The position numbers and the translations under genes were made by a program. The notes below the pieces were generated by a model. The model saw only the letters and a program-made list of their open reading frames with translations. It made no database searches and had not been told where the DNA came from. Positions 9,834-18,179 of a DNA stretch of 64,000 bases are shown piece by piece. Source of the stretch: Oscillospiraceae bacterium (GTDB taxonomy: Bacteria; Bacillota; Clostridia; Oscillospirales; Oscillospiraceae); NCBI GenBank assembly GCA_021768185.1, contig JAETNP010000027.1, positions 6,511-70,510 of the forward strand, given 5' to 3'. Every line of letters begins with the position of its first letter. Position 1 is the first letter of the stretch.

Positions 9834-10282
9834 AGGAGAAGCTGCTGGTCTCCGCCTGCCTGCTGGGAGAAAACTGCAAATATAACGGCGGGAACAACTA
9901 CACTCCCGCAGTAGAGGCGCTGCGGGAGCGCTTCGAGGTCATCCCCGTCTGTCCGGAGCAGCTGGGCGGCCTGCCCACGCCCCGGACCCCGTCGGAACGA
10001 GTAGGCGACAAGGTCCTGACCCGGGACGGTCGGGATGTAACGGAGGCCTTCCGGCGTGGAGCGGCGAAAACCCTGGCCATCGCCCAAGCGGAAGGCGTCA
10101 CCAGGGCCGTCTTCCAGGTCCGCAGTCCCTCCTGCGGCTGCGGTACGATCTACGACGGCACGTTCTCCGGCAAACTGGTTCCCGGAAAAGGCGTAACGGC
10201 CCAGCTTCTGGAGCAAAACGGCATTGAAATCTGCGACAGCACCCGGATCAACGAGCTTTTGGACATGGAAGGAGCGCTGTAA
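9830..10282 (+). CDS. DUF523 (TudS-like) protein
   Basis: VSACLLGENCKYNGG ... CPEQLGGLPTPR ... SPSCG pattern. The GTG start overlaps the Nudix stop. Confidence 0.7.
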   Translation: MKEKLLVSACLLGENCKYNGGNNYTPAVEALRERFEVIPVCPEQLGGLPTPRTPSERVGDKVLTRDGRDVTEAFRRGAAKTLAIAQAEGVTRAVFQVRSPSCGCGTIYDGTFSGKLVPGKGVTAQLLEQNGIEICDSTRINELLDMEGAL

Positions 10283-10283
10283 T

Positions 10284-10643
10284 ATGCCAACCATTTTCTT
10301 TGGGATGTTTTTCCTGATATTTTTCCTGATACTCGGAATGATTATCTTCACCATCATCAAGGGCATCGGCCAGTGGAACAAGAACAACCACTCCCCCCGC
10401 CTGACGGTTCCGGCCACGGTAGTCGCCAAGCGAGGGGATGTCAGCCATCACCACCACCAGGACGCGGGCGGCGTCGGCCATACCTCGTCCACCACCACCT
10501 ACTATGTGACCTTCCAGGTTGCCAGCGGCGACCGGATGGAGCTGTGCGTCGGCGGCACGGAGTACGGGATGCTGGCAGAGGGGGACTGCGGTGACCTCAC
10601 CTTCCAGGGCACCCGCTACCTGGGGTTTGAGCGGAGGTCCTGA
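10284..10643 (+). CDS. DUF2500-like single-TM protein
   Basis: ATG lies 1 nt after the upstream TAA. N-terminal TM helix, then TVPATVVAKR ... YYVTFQ ... GDRMEL ... GDLTFQGTRYLGF. Confidence 0.55.
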   Translation: MPTIFFGMFFLIFFLILGMIIFTIIKGIGQWNKNNHSPRLTVPATVVAKRGDVSHHHHQDAGGVGHTSSTTTYYVTFQVASGDRMELCVGGTEYGMLAEGDCGDLTFQGTRYLGFERRS

Positions 10644-10678
10644 GCAGGGCGTCAGGCAGAAAAAGCAGGAGGAATATC

Positions 10679-11212
10679 GTGGCAAACAAGCTGATTCTTT
10701 ATATTGCAATGTCCTTGGATGGATATATCGCTGAAAAAGACGGCAATATCCGTTTTTTGGAGGAAACGCCGGGTCCTGATCCGGACCTCGGCTATGAACG
10801 ATTCTACCAGTCCCTCCAAGCAGTTGTTATGGGCGGAAAGACATACCGGCAGATCAAAAACGAGCTTTCGCCGGAGAAGTGGCCCTATGAGGGGATGCCC
10901 TGCTATGTCTGCACGCGGCAGGAGCCCCCGGACGACTCCAACGTTCAGTTTACATCCCTGCCGCCGGGACGGCAGGTGCTGGAGCTTATCGCGCGGGAGC
11001 ACGCCGGAGATATCTGGCTCATGGGCGGCGGAGAGATCGTCCATGGGTTTATGCGGGACGGCCTTGTTGACCAATATTATATTTACGTTATGCCGGTCAT
11101 TCTCGGGGACGGTATCCCGCTGTTTCCGGCGGGATTTCCGAAGGTGGAGCTTGCGTTGGAGAGCTGTAAAAGCTTCGGGGAGATCGTTGAGCTGGTTTAC
11201 CGGAGGAGATAG
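10679..11212 (+). CDS. dihydrofolate-reductase-family (RibD C-terminal domain) protein
   Basis: KLILYIAMSLDGYIAEKDG ... VMGGKTY ... IWLMGGGEIV pattern. GTG start. Confidence 0.7.
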   Translation: MANKLILYIAMSLDGYIAEKDGNIRFLEETPGPDPDLGYERFYQSLQAVVMGGKTYRQIKNELSPEKWPYEGMPCYVCTRQEPPDDSNVQFTSLPPGRQVLELIAREHAGDIWLMGGGEIVHGFMRDGLVDQYYIYVMPVILGDGIPLFPAGFPKVELALESCKSFGEIVELVYRRR

Positions 11213-11217
11213 GGATA

Positions 11218-11259
11218 AATGCGCAGGGCGCGGAGCAAAAGCTCCGCGCCCTGCGCATT
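11218..11259. terminator. bidirectional hairpin terminator between convergent genes
   Basis: Perfect palindrome AATGCGCAGGGCGCGGAGC-AAAA-GCTCCGCGCCCTGCGCATT, followed by a T-rich run. Confidence 0.65.
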
Positions 11260-11289
11260 ATAAAACTCTTTTTCTTCCCGAAACAAGGG

Positions 11290-12402
11290 TCACTTGTATT
11301 TCTTCACGATCTCCGCCAGCTCGTCCCAGTGCTCTTCCATATCGCTCACCAGCTTGAACTGGGTACGGCAGCGGTCCAGGTTCTGACCGGCCCGAGTGGT
11401 GTGGAAATAGACATCTCCCTCCAGATAATCCGTCAAAAACCGGATGCCGCACTCCAACGTCATGAGCTTCGCGCCCCAGGGCAGGTAGTCGATCTCCGCC
11501 TCTGTCAGCGTACCGCCCGCGCCCTCCAGGAAAGCCCGGGTGTAGGTCTCAAAGAGGGAGACGTCCAGATTGACCTTACTCAGATCCGTCTCATCCTCCG
11601 CGCTGTGATTCGCCCCGAAGCGGATGGAATCTCCAAAATCGTTGATGGCCAGCCCCGGCATAACAGTGTCCAGATCAATGACGCACAGTCCCACGCCGGT
11701 CTTTTTGTCCATCAGGACGTTGTTCAGCTTGGTGTCGTTGTGGGTCACCCGCAGGGGCAGAACGCCGTCCCGGAGGGCCTTCAAGGCCACGGAGCAGTCG
11801 TTCTCACGGGCCAGAACGAAATCCAGCTCTTTCCGGCACTCCGCCGCCCGTCCCAGCTTGTCCGCGGCCATAGCGGCCTTCAGCTTTGCCAGCCGGTCCT
11901 CGGTGTCATGGAACCGGGGGATGGTCTCGTGGAGGGTCTGGGCGGGATATCCCTGCAAAAGCCGCTGGAAATGTCCGAAGGCCCGTCCGGAGGCCGCGAA
12001 CAGCTCCGGCGTCTCCGCCGTCTGATAGCAAATGGTATCCTCCACGAAGGGATATACCCGCCATGCGCCGTTCGCGCTGTCGGTGTAGTAGGGCTCCCCG
12101 TTCCGGGGCCGGATGACCCGCAGGGCCTCCCGCTCCCGGTCGCCGCCCCGGCTTTCGATCTCCCGGCCCAGGTACTCCGTGACGCCCAGAATATTCTCCA
12201 TAAGCTGGTCGGGCTGCTTGAAGGCGGCGGCGCTCATCCGCTGGAGGATGAACCTCCGGCAGCAGACATCCTCCGGCTGGGTGTGGACCACAAAGGTGTC
12301 GTTGATATGTCCCTGTCCGAACCGAATAGCGCCCACCACCGGCGCGCCGAAATCAAAGGCCGCCAGCACTTCCTGCAAATATGTCTCCGCCTGTGCCATC
12401 AT
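11290..12402 (-). CDS. aminoglycoside-phosphotransferase-fold sugar anomeric kinase (NahK/AmgK-like)
   Basis: GHINDTF nucleotide-binding region, catalytic HNDTKLNNVL, and IDLDT metal site. The likely start MMAQAE at 12402 overlaps the upstream stop (ATGATGA). Confidence 0.65.
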   Translation of the reverse strand: MMAQAETYLQEVLAAFDFGAPVVGAIRFGQGHINDTFVVHTQPEDVCCRRFILQRMSAAAFKQPDQLMENILGVTEYLGREIESRGGDREREALRVIRPRNGEPYYTDSANGAWRVYPFVEDTICYQTAETPELFAASGRAFGHFQRLLQGYPAQTLHETIPRFHDTEDRLAKLKAAMAADKLGRAAECRKELDFVLARENDCSVALKALRDGVLPLRVTHNDTKLNNVLMDKKTGVGLCVIDLDTVMPGLAINDFGDSIRFGANHSAEDETDLSKVNLDVSLFETYTRAFLEGAGGTLTEAEIDYLPWGAKLMTLECGIRFLTDYLEGDVYFHTTRAGQNLDRCRTQFKLVSDMEEHWDELAEIVKKYK

Positions 12403-13325
12403 TCCGCCTCCCACAGCCGGTCGGGATAGAGCCCCGACGCGGTCTTTTCCCGAATTGCGGCCTCCACCGCAGGCTTGTCCTCCCGGTAGGTGACGCCATA
12501 CCACTTATCGGTGCTGCGCAGCACCTTCACCCGGGCCTTGCCCTCCTCAATGAGCCAGCTCACCACGGTAGGGAGAAAATACTCCGCCTTGAGGGGATTC
12601 TCCGCCAGCGCCTTGTCCAGAAATGCGGGGAACCTGACCCATGTCTCGTCCAGAAAGCTGCGGTTGAAGCCCCACATGTTCATGGAGACAATGGTGTCCC
12701 CGGAGAGCTCCGTCCAGGTCTTCCCGTCGTCCTCGGTGTAGCGGGGGGGATCGCCCTTTTCGATCTTGGTGCGCTCGGTGACCCGGGCGAGGAAGTGGTC
12801 CTCCGTCTCCTCGCAGACCCCCCGCGCCACGGTGCCGTTTTCCGTCACGGTATTTTTCAGCAGGTAGCCCACCATGGCGTACTCGTACACATCCCCGTCC
12901 GGATGGACGCTGAGGTAGTCGTAGATCTCCTTAAAGGCCTCCGGTCCATAGTAGTCGTCGGCGTTGATAATGGCGAAGGGCCCGTCCACCGCATTCCGTG
13001 CCGCCAGAGCCGCCTGGGCGGTGCCCCAGGGCTTGGTCCGATCCGCCGGGGCGGCGTAGCCCTCCGGCAGGTCCTCCCGCAGCTGGTAAACATACCGCAC
13101 GTCCATGCACTTTTCCAGCCGGCGGCCCACCCGCTCCTTGAAGTCCGCCTCGATTTCCGGTTTGATGACGAATACCACCGTCTCAAACCCCGCCCGGCGG
13201 GCGTCATAAATGGAGTAGTCCAGGATCACCTGGTCATGGTTTCCCACGGGGTCCAGCTGCTTGAGTCCGCCGTAGCGGCTGCCCATACCTGCGGCCATAA
13301 TGACCAGTACCGGTTTCTTGTTCAT
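12399..13325 (-). CDS. sugar-1-phosphate nucleotidyltransferase
   Basis: N-terminal VIMAAGMGSRYGGLKQLDPVG signature. Translationally coupled to the kinase gene. Confidence 0.7.
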   Translation of the reverse strand: MNKKPVLVIMAAGMGSRYGGLKQLDPVGNHDQVILDYSIYDARRAGFETVVFVIKPEIEADFKERVGRRLEKCMDVRYVYQLREDLPEGYAAPADRTKPWGTAQAALAARNAVDGPFAIINADDYYGPEAFKEIYDYLSVHPDGDVYEYAMVGYLLKNTVTENGTVARGVCEETEDHFLARVTERTKIEKGDPPRYTEDDGKTWTELSGDTIVSMNMWGFNRSFLDETWVRFPAFLDKALAENPLKAEYFLPTVVSWLIEEGKARVKVLRSTDKWYGVTYREDKPAVEAAIREKTASGLYPDRLWEAE

Positions 13326-13418
13326 TTTCCTCTCTCCTTCTCAATATGCTCCCCTCCTGGGGGGAATCCATCTGTTTCCTATTCTATACGCGGGGACAGA
13401 AAATGGAAATAGACGATT

Positions 13419-14327
13419 CTACACATTACTTGCACGATCGTCCGGATATACGCCGCTGAGCTCCGAGAGCATTTTCACGCTGCGCTCATACTCGCTGGGG
13501 GACATGCCGGTAGCCTGCCGGAAGCGGCGGGAGAAGTAGTGCAGGGACTGGAACCCCAGCTGTCCGGCGATCTGGGTGAAGTTCAGCGTCCCCTCCCGGA
13601 TCATCCGCCGGGCGGCCTGGATCTTCAGTCCGGAGAAGTACTCCATGACGCCCCCGCCGGTATGGGCGTGGAAGAGCTTTTGCAGCTGGCTGCGGCCGAT
13701 CAGGTTGTCCTGGCAAATTTGCTCCAAAGTAAGCTGCCGGTCCAGGCGGGCGGCCAGATACTCCATCACCTGCCCCATGACGTCCCCGCCGTCCCTGGAG
13801 GACGCCTCCAGCCGGTCCGGGACGGACCTGCGGCGGACAAGTCGGATGAGCAGCTCCTCCAGCGCCGCGCACAGCAGCTGCTCTCCGCCGAAGGGGACCT
13901 GCTGCCGCCGTTCCAGCACAGCGGCGTAGGGGTCGTTCAGCGGCGTGGCAAAAGCTGCGGCACTCTCCGCCACGATCCGGGCCAGCAGGGCGCGCTCCGC
14001 CTCGCCCGCCTCCGCCGTCAGGCCCCGGAAATACGCCATCTCCGGGCCGTCACACTGGAAGCTCACCACCACCAGGTCCGGAGCTGTTCCCACAGCGGAG
14101 AAGGCGTGGAACTCCCCGGGGGCATGGAAGATGATCTCTCCCCGCCGCAGACGGCATGTCCTCTCCCCGGCGGTGACCCGGATGTCCCCCTTGTCCACGT
14201 ACAGCAGCTCCCAGAAGTCGTGGCGTTCTCCGGAGAAGGAGCAGCCTGCACCATATTCAAAATAGTGTACCGAATAGATTTCCCGCACCAGCAGCGGCCG
14301 GCGGGGGACCAGGGGCTGGTATTGCAT
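13419..14327 (-). CDS. AraC-family transcriptional regulator (cupin + HTH)
   Basis: N-terminal cupin-like sensor. C-terminal AraC HTH ... IAGQLGFQSLHYFSRRFRQATGMSPSEY. Confidence 0.85.
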   Translation of the reverse strand: MQYQPLVPRRPLLVREIYSVHYFEYGAGCSFSGERHDFWELLYVDKGDIRVTAGERTCRLRRGEIIFHAPGEFHAFSAVGTAPDLVVVSFQCDGPEMAYFRGLTAEAGEAERALLARIVAESAAAFATPLNDPYAAVLERRQQVPFGGEQLLCAALEELLIRLVRRRSVPDRLEASSRDGGDVMGQVMEYLAARLDRQLTLEQICQDNLIGRSQLQKLFHAHTGGGVMEYFSGLKIQAARRMIREGTLNFTQIAGQLGFQSLHYFSRRFRQATGMSPSEYERSVKMLSELSGVYPDDRASNV

Positions 14328-14370
14328 GGCGGCGCCTCCCTGCGGGAACCTTCGGCTCCCGCGTACCGGA

Positions 14371-14703
14371 CTAAAGTCTGTTGTTGTCTCCCCACTCGCA
14401 CATCCCGTCCAGAATGGGGATAAGGGATTTCCCCCGCTCTGTCAGGCTGTACTCCACCTTCGGCGGGATCTGCGGATATTCTTCTCTGTGAACCAGCCGG
14501 TCCGTCTCCAGCTCCTTCAAGGCGGAACTGAGGGTTTTATAAGAAATATCGCCGATGTATCGCTTCATTTCATTGAACCGCACGACGCCGAACTCCATCA
14601 GCGTATAGAGAATGGTCATTTTATATTTCCCGTTGATCAGAGACAGCGTATAACTGAATCCGGTCGTTTGCAGGCACTCCTGCGAGATACAGCGCTCCCG
14701 CAT
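14371..14703 (-). CDS. HxlR-family winged-helix transcriptional regulator
   Basis: INGKYKMTILYTL ... RFNEMKRYI.DISYKTLSSALKELE.DRLVHRE.YPQIPPKVEYSLTE.G. Start chosen at the internal M (MRERC). Confidence 0.85.
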   Translation of the reverse strand: MRERCISQECLQTTGFSYTLSLINGKYKMTILYTLMEFGVVRFNEMKRYIGDISYKTLSSALKELETDRLVHREEYPQIPPKVEYSLTERGKSLIPILDGMCEWGDNNRL

Positions 14704-14837
14704 TTTACACTCTCCTTCAGGTAAGTATCGCACTTCAAGGTGCGTACTTGCCTTTTTTTCTCTTTATGGTACCATCATAATACAACCCGCCGGCACAGTC
14801 AAGCCGGCTGACAATAAAGCAAGGAGAGGATATCATC

Positions 14838-15383
14838 ATGAGTAAGAAAATCGTAGTCATTACCGGCAGTCCCCGGAAGAACGGCAACAGTTTTGCCATG
14901 ACGGACGCGTTCATCCGGGCTGCCCAGGCCAAGGGCCACCAGATCACCCGCTTTGACGCGGCCATGAAAAATGTGGGCGGCTGCCGCGTCTGCGAGACCT
15001 GCTTCAAGACCGGGAAAGCCTGCTCCTTTGACGATGACTTCAACGCCATTGCCCCCGCCATTCTGGAGGCGGACGCGGTCGTCTTCACCATGCCGGTCTA
15101 CTGGTACGCCATCCCCGCCCAGATCAAAGCCGTGATCGACAAGCTGTTCTCCTTCGTTGTGGGCGGCAGGGACATCGCGGGCAAGGAGTGCGCCGTCATT
15201 GCCTGCTGCGAGGAGGAGGACCTGTCCGTCCTGGACGGCGTCCGCATCCCCATAGAGCGCTCCGCCGCGCTGCTGAAGTGGAAGATGGCGGGCGAGGTCA
15301 TGGTTCCCGGCGTATTGCACGCGGGCGATATCGCAAAGACTGACGGCTGCAAGCAGGCCGCGGCCCTGGCGGACAAGCTCTGA
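14838..15383 (+). CDS. flavodoxin-like fold NAD(P)H-dependent FMN reductase / iron-sulfur flavoprotein-like protein
   Basis: KIVVITGSPRKNGNSFAM motif. Divergent from the HxlR gene, which is a classical pairing. Confidence 0.75.
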   Translation: MSKKIVVITGSPRKNGNSFAMTDAFIRAAQAKGHQITRFDAAMKNVGGCRVCETCFKTGKACSFDDDFNAIAPAILEADAVVFTMPVYWYAIPAQIKAVIDKLFSFVVGGRDIAGKECAVIACCEEEDLSVLDGVRIPIERSAALLKWKMAGEVMVPGVLHAGDIAKTDGCKQAAALADKL

Positions 15384-15406
15384 TACTTTTTCCCGGCCAA
15401 ATCACA

Positions 15407-15445
15407 CGGCGGGATGCGCCCCTCTTTCCGGGGCACATCCCGCCG
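15407..15445. terminator. hairpin between convergent flavodoxin-like and HD genes
   Basis: ACGGCGGGATGCGCCCC-TCTTTCC-GGGGCACATCCCGCCGT, an imperfect long stem. Confidence 0.5.
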
Positions 15446-15457
15446 TACAATTTGCGC

Positions 15458-17713
15458 TTATGATGACCAGCCGGAAAGGTGCCGCTCAACAAAAAACTCC
15501 CGAATTGCGCCTCTCAACGCAGAGGCTTCCTTTTCCTTCTGGCGGACGTCCGTCGAAACCGTTCTGTAGTATAGATAAAAGTAGTAGCTGGTATCTGTGG
15601 AAATAGCCGTCCAGTCGGCCAGCAGCGGAATTTCGTCCAGCAGGGCCACCGTCCCGTCGCTGGCGACGATGAAGGTTTCATTCGCCTTGAGCCGCTTGGA
15701 TTTGTAACAGGCGTCCACGTAGACCAGATCCGCGATGCCGTCCAGCTCGCCGTTCGCACGGTGCTTCAGTTCGTCCAGCAGCTCGCTGCTCAGATAGCCC
15801 GCCTCCGCTCCGCGGTCATCCAGCCAGGGAAGGCTGGGGTGGCGCTGGGTGAGAAGGTACTGCTTGATCTTATGCCGCTTGTCAAGGGGGATCGCCTCAA
15901 AGAGCAGATCAAATTCTGCCAGGGATTTGTACAGGGACAACCGGTATTTTCTGCTCAGCAAATCCTCGCACAGCCGTCCCCACTCCGAATCGGCAAAGTT
16001 TCCGGCCGCGTAAGCGACTTTAATGGCCGTCCAGACATAGGAATCATCCAGCCGCTCCAGATTTTCAAAGTCCAGCCGCCAGGGCGGGAAGACTCCGGAC
16101 GCCTTGGACAGCACCTCCCGGGAGATCAGCGGAATCAAGAAATTCGCGTAATAGGTGACCTTGTGATGGGCGTAAATCCACAGGTATAAATAGTCCCGGG
16201 CTTCCAGCACGTTGGCGATCACATTGATCGCCTGCTTTTTAAAGCCGACGGAGAACTCGTTATAGGCGTTTTTATCGGGAATCCTTTTTTCGATCATCTC
16301 CCCCAGCAGGACCAGCTCATGGGTCTGCCCCGTGAGCTGTACGTCAAAGATCTTCATAGAGGATTTTGTGCGGAATTTCCCTTTGATCTCAATGTCGCAT
16401 AATCCGTTTACCTGCAATTCCGCCGCGTTTCCCATGGAGCTGTCCGTATGGACCACGAAATGGAAATCTTCGGATTCCACCTTTGCGTTTTCAATGCGGT
16501 AATCAAATGGAACCCTGTTCTTGAAATCAAGGGATTTATAGGGGGGATTTCCGGAGGTCTGGTCGATAATCCGCCCATCCTGCATAAGGAACGCGGCCTG
16601 GAATCTTGCGGGCTCCGCGTCCTCCGCGTAGGAAATCTTTCCGTGATCCACAGACTGCAGGGAGAGGAAGGTGCTGCCCTGTCGTATCCTGACGTCCGCG
16701 TCCTTTTTCAGCAGGAGGGTGCCGCGAAAGCGCCCGGATATCCGGAAGCAGTTCTCCTGATTATTGTTCATCAGGAGAAAGATCCCCCGGTTTTTCAGGT
16801 GAACATCCTCATAGAGCCGGTCCACATACCGGGTTTTAGGCACAATGCAGACCGCGCTCAGGAGGCGTTCAATATCAATTTTAATATTGCATATTCCGGA
16901 CATTTCCGTATCGCGGATCACATAATCCAGCTTGTCAACGTCAAAATTGCCCCCGTTGAGCAGTTCAATAAAGCAATTGCGGATTTGCTTTTCCGGTTGG
17001 AATCCCGTGTATCTCAGGCCCAGGATCATCCGCGCGATGAACGCCATATCGCTGTCAAGATCGGACTTGTCGATCCTGGGGGTGTTGCTGTAGTGTTCCG
17101 CGTACAAAATATTCCCTGTCAGCGGGTGCTGCTTCTCGAGCAGATCCGCCAGATCGTCAAACACCTTTTCGATAGCCGGCCGCATGTGGGTAAGAATATA
17201 CAGCGCGCCGATGATCTCATGGGGAGCGGCGTCGAGCCGCTCGATGTCTTCGCTCCCGGCCTCAAGCCGGCGCAGCTCCTCCGCCAGCCGCTCGTTCAGG
17301 TTGGTCGGCTCGCCGTTGGCGCCGCGGCTGTTCACCAGCACAATGCTCTCCAGCGCGTGGGAAAACGGAGCGTGTCCGATATCGTGCAGGAGGCAGGCGA
17401 TCAGAAAGAGCACCTTGTTTTTCGCCCAGAAGGTCAGCGAGCTGTTGTCGCTGCTGATTTTCCAGTAGTCCTCATGGAAGAAATTCTCCAGCAGCATATC
17501 CGCCGCTTTGCAGCCCAGGTGATAGACGCCCAGGGAATGGCTGAAGCGGTCATGCTTGGCGTTGGGATAGAGAATCCGCATACCCGTCTGATCAATATTC
17601 CGCAGCCGCTGAAACATTTCGGTGTCGATCAGATGGTTGACAAAGCACTTGGGAACCTTGATATATCCGTGTACCGCGTCCATAAAAAGCTTCACTTCTG
17701 GAAAATCAAACAT
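15458..17713 (-). CDS. SAMHD1-like HD-domain (d)NTP triphosphohydrolase-type protein with a ~450-aa unassigned C-terminal region
   Basis: Motifs DAVHGYIKV ... FQRLRNIDQTG ... HDRFSHSLGV ... LLHDIGHAPFSHALE ... DVDKLDYVIRDTEMSG. GGGGGAG RBS before the ATG at 17713. Confidence 0.75.
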   Translation of the reverse strand: MFDFPEVKLFMDAVHGYIKVPKCFVNHLIDTEMFQRLRNIDQTGMRILYPNAKHDRFSHSLGVYHLGCKAADMLLENFFHEDYWKISSDNSSLTFWAKNKVLFLIACLLHDIGHAPFSHALESIVLVNSRGANGEPTNLNERLAEELRRLEAGSEDIERLDAAPHEIIGALYILTHMRPAIEKVFDDLADLLEKQHPLTGNILYAEHYSNTPRIDKSDLDSDMAFIARMILGLRYTGFQPEKQIRNCFIELLNGGNFDVDKLDYVIRDTEMSGICNIKIDIERLLSAVCIVPKTRYVDRLYEDVHLKNRGIFLLMNNNQENCFRISGRFRGTLLLKKDADVRIRQGSTFLSLQSVDHGKISYAEDAEPARFQAAFLMQDGRIIDQTSGNPPYKSLDFKNRVPFDYRIENAKVESEDFHFVVHTDSSMGNAAELQVNGLCDIEIKGKFRTKSSMKIFDVQLTGQTHELVLLGEMIEKRIPDKNAYNEFSVGFKKQAINVIANVLEARDYLYLWIYAHHKVTYYANFLIPLISREVLSKASGVFPPWRLDFENLERLDDSYVWTAIKVAYAAGNFADSEWGRLCEDLLSRKYRLSLYKSLAEFDLLFEAIPLDKRHKIKQYLLTQRHPSLPWLDDRGAEAGYLSSELLDELKHRANGELDGIADLVYVDACYKSKRLKANETFIVASDGTVALLDEIPLLADWTAISTDTSYYFYLYYRTVSTDVRQKEKEASALRGAIREFFVERHLSGWSS

Positions 17714-17834
17714 AGGACTCCCCCTCTATGGCGGTGCATCCTCCCTTTTGCTTGGATGCGGAATCCGCCATGATGTTCAGCGGCGAGTGAAGCGGAGCGC
17801 ATGGGGCGGCCGCGCTTCAGCGCACAATCCCACT

Positions 17835-18179
17835 TTACGCGGCGTTCACAAATTTATGTACGATACCTGCCAGAGTTTGATCCAGCTCGTAATCGGAGAA
17901 GGCCATGTCCGTTCTGCCGGTATGCCGCAGATAGATCGTCTCGCCATCGACGTCCAGCGCGAAAATATCCCGATTATAGACCACGGTCCTTTCCAGCGCC
18001 TCAAAGTTTACATCAAAAGATATCTGATAATCCTTGAGCTTGCCCAGCTGCCAAAGCTCTTTGTAAATATAATTGAGCAGCTGCTGCAGCCGGTCCAGGG
18101 GGAGGTACTCCCTTCGATCCTCGCGCAAAAGGTTTACGATGATGGTTTTCGTGTCAACGAACTTTGGCATACTGTTCAT
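17835..18179 (-). CDS. 114-aa hypothetical protein, translationally coupled to the upstream ATPase gene
   Basis: The ATG overlaps the ATPase TGA (ATGA at 18176-18179). No recognisable motif. Confidence 0.55.
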   Translation of the reverse strand: MNSMPKFVDTKTIIVNLLREDRREYLPLDRLQQLLNYIYKELWQLGKLKDYQISFDVNFEALERTVVYNRDIFALDVDGETIYLRHTGRTDMAFSDYELDQTLAGIVHKFVNAA

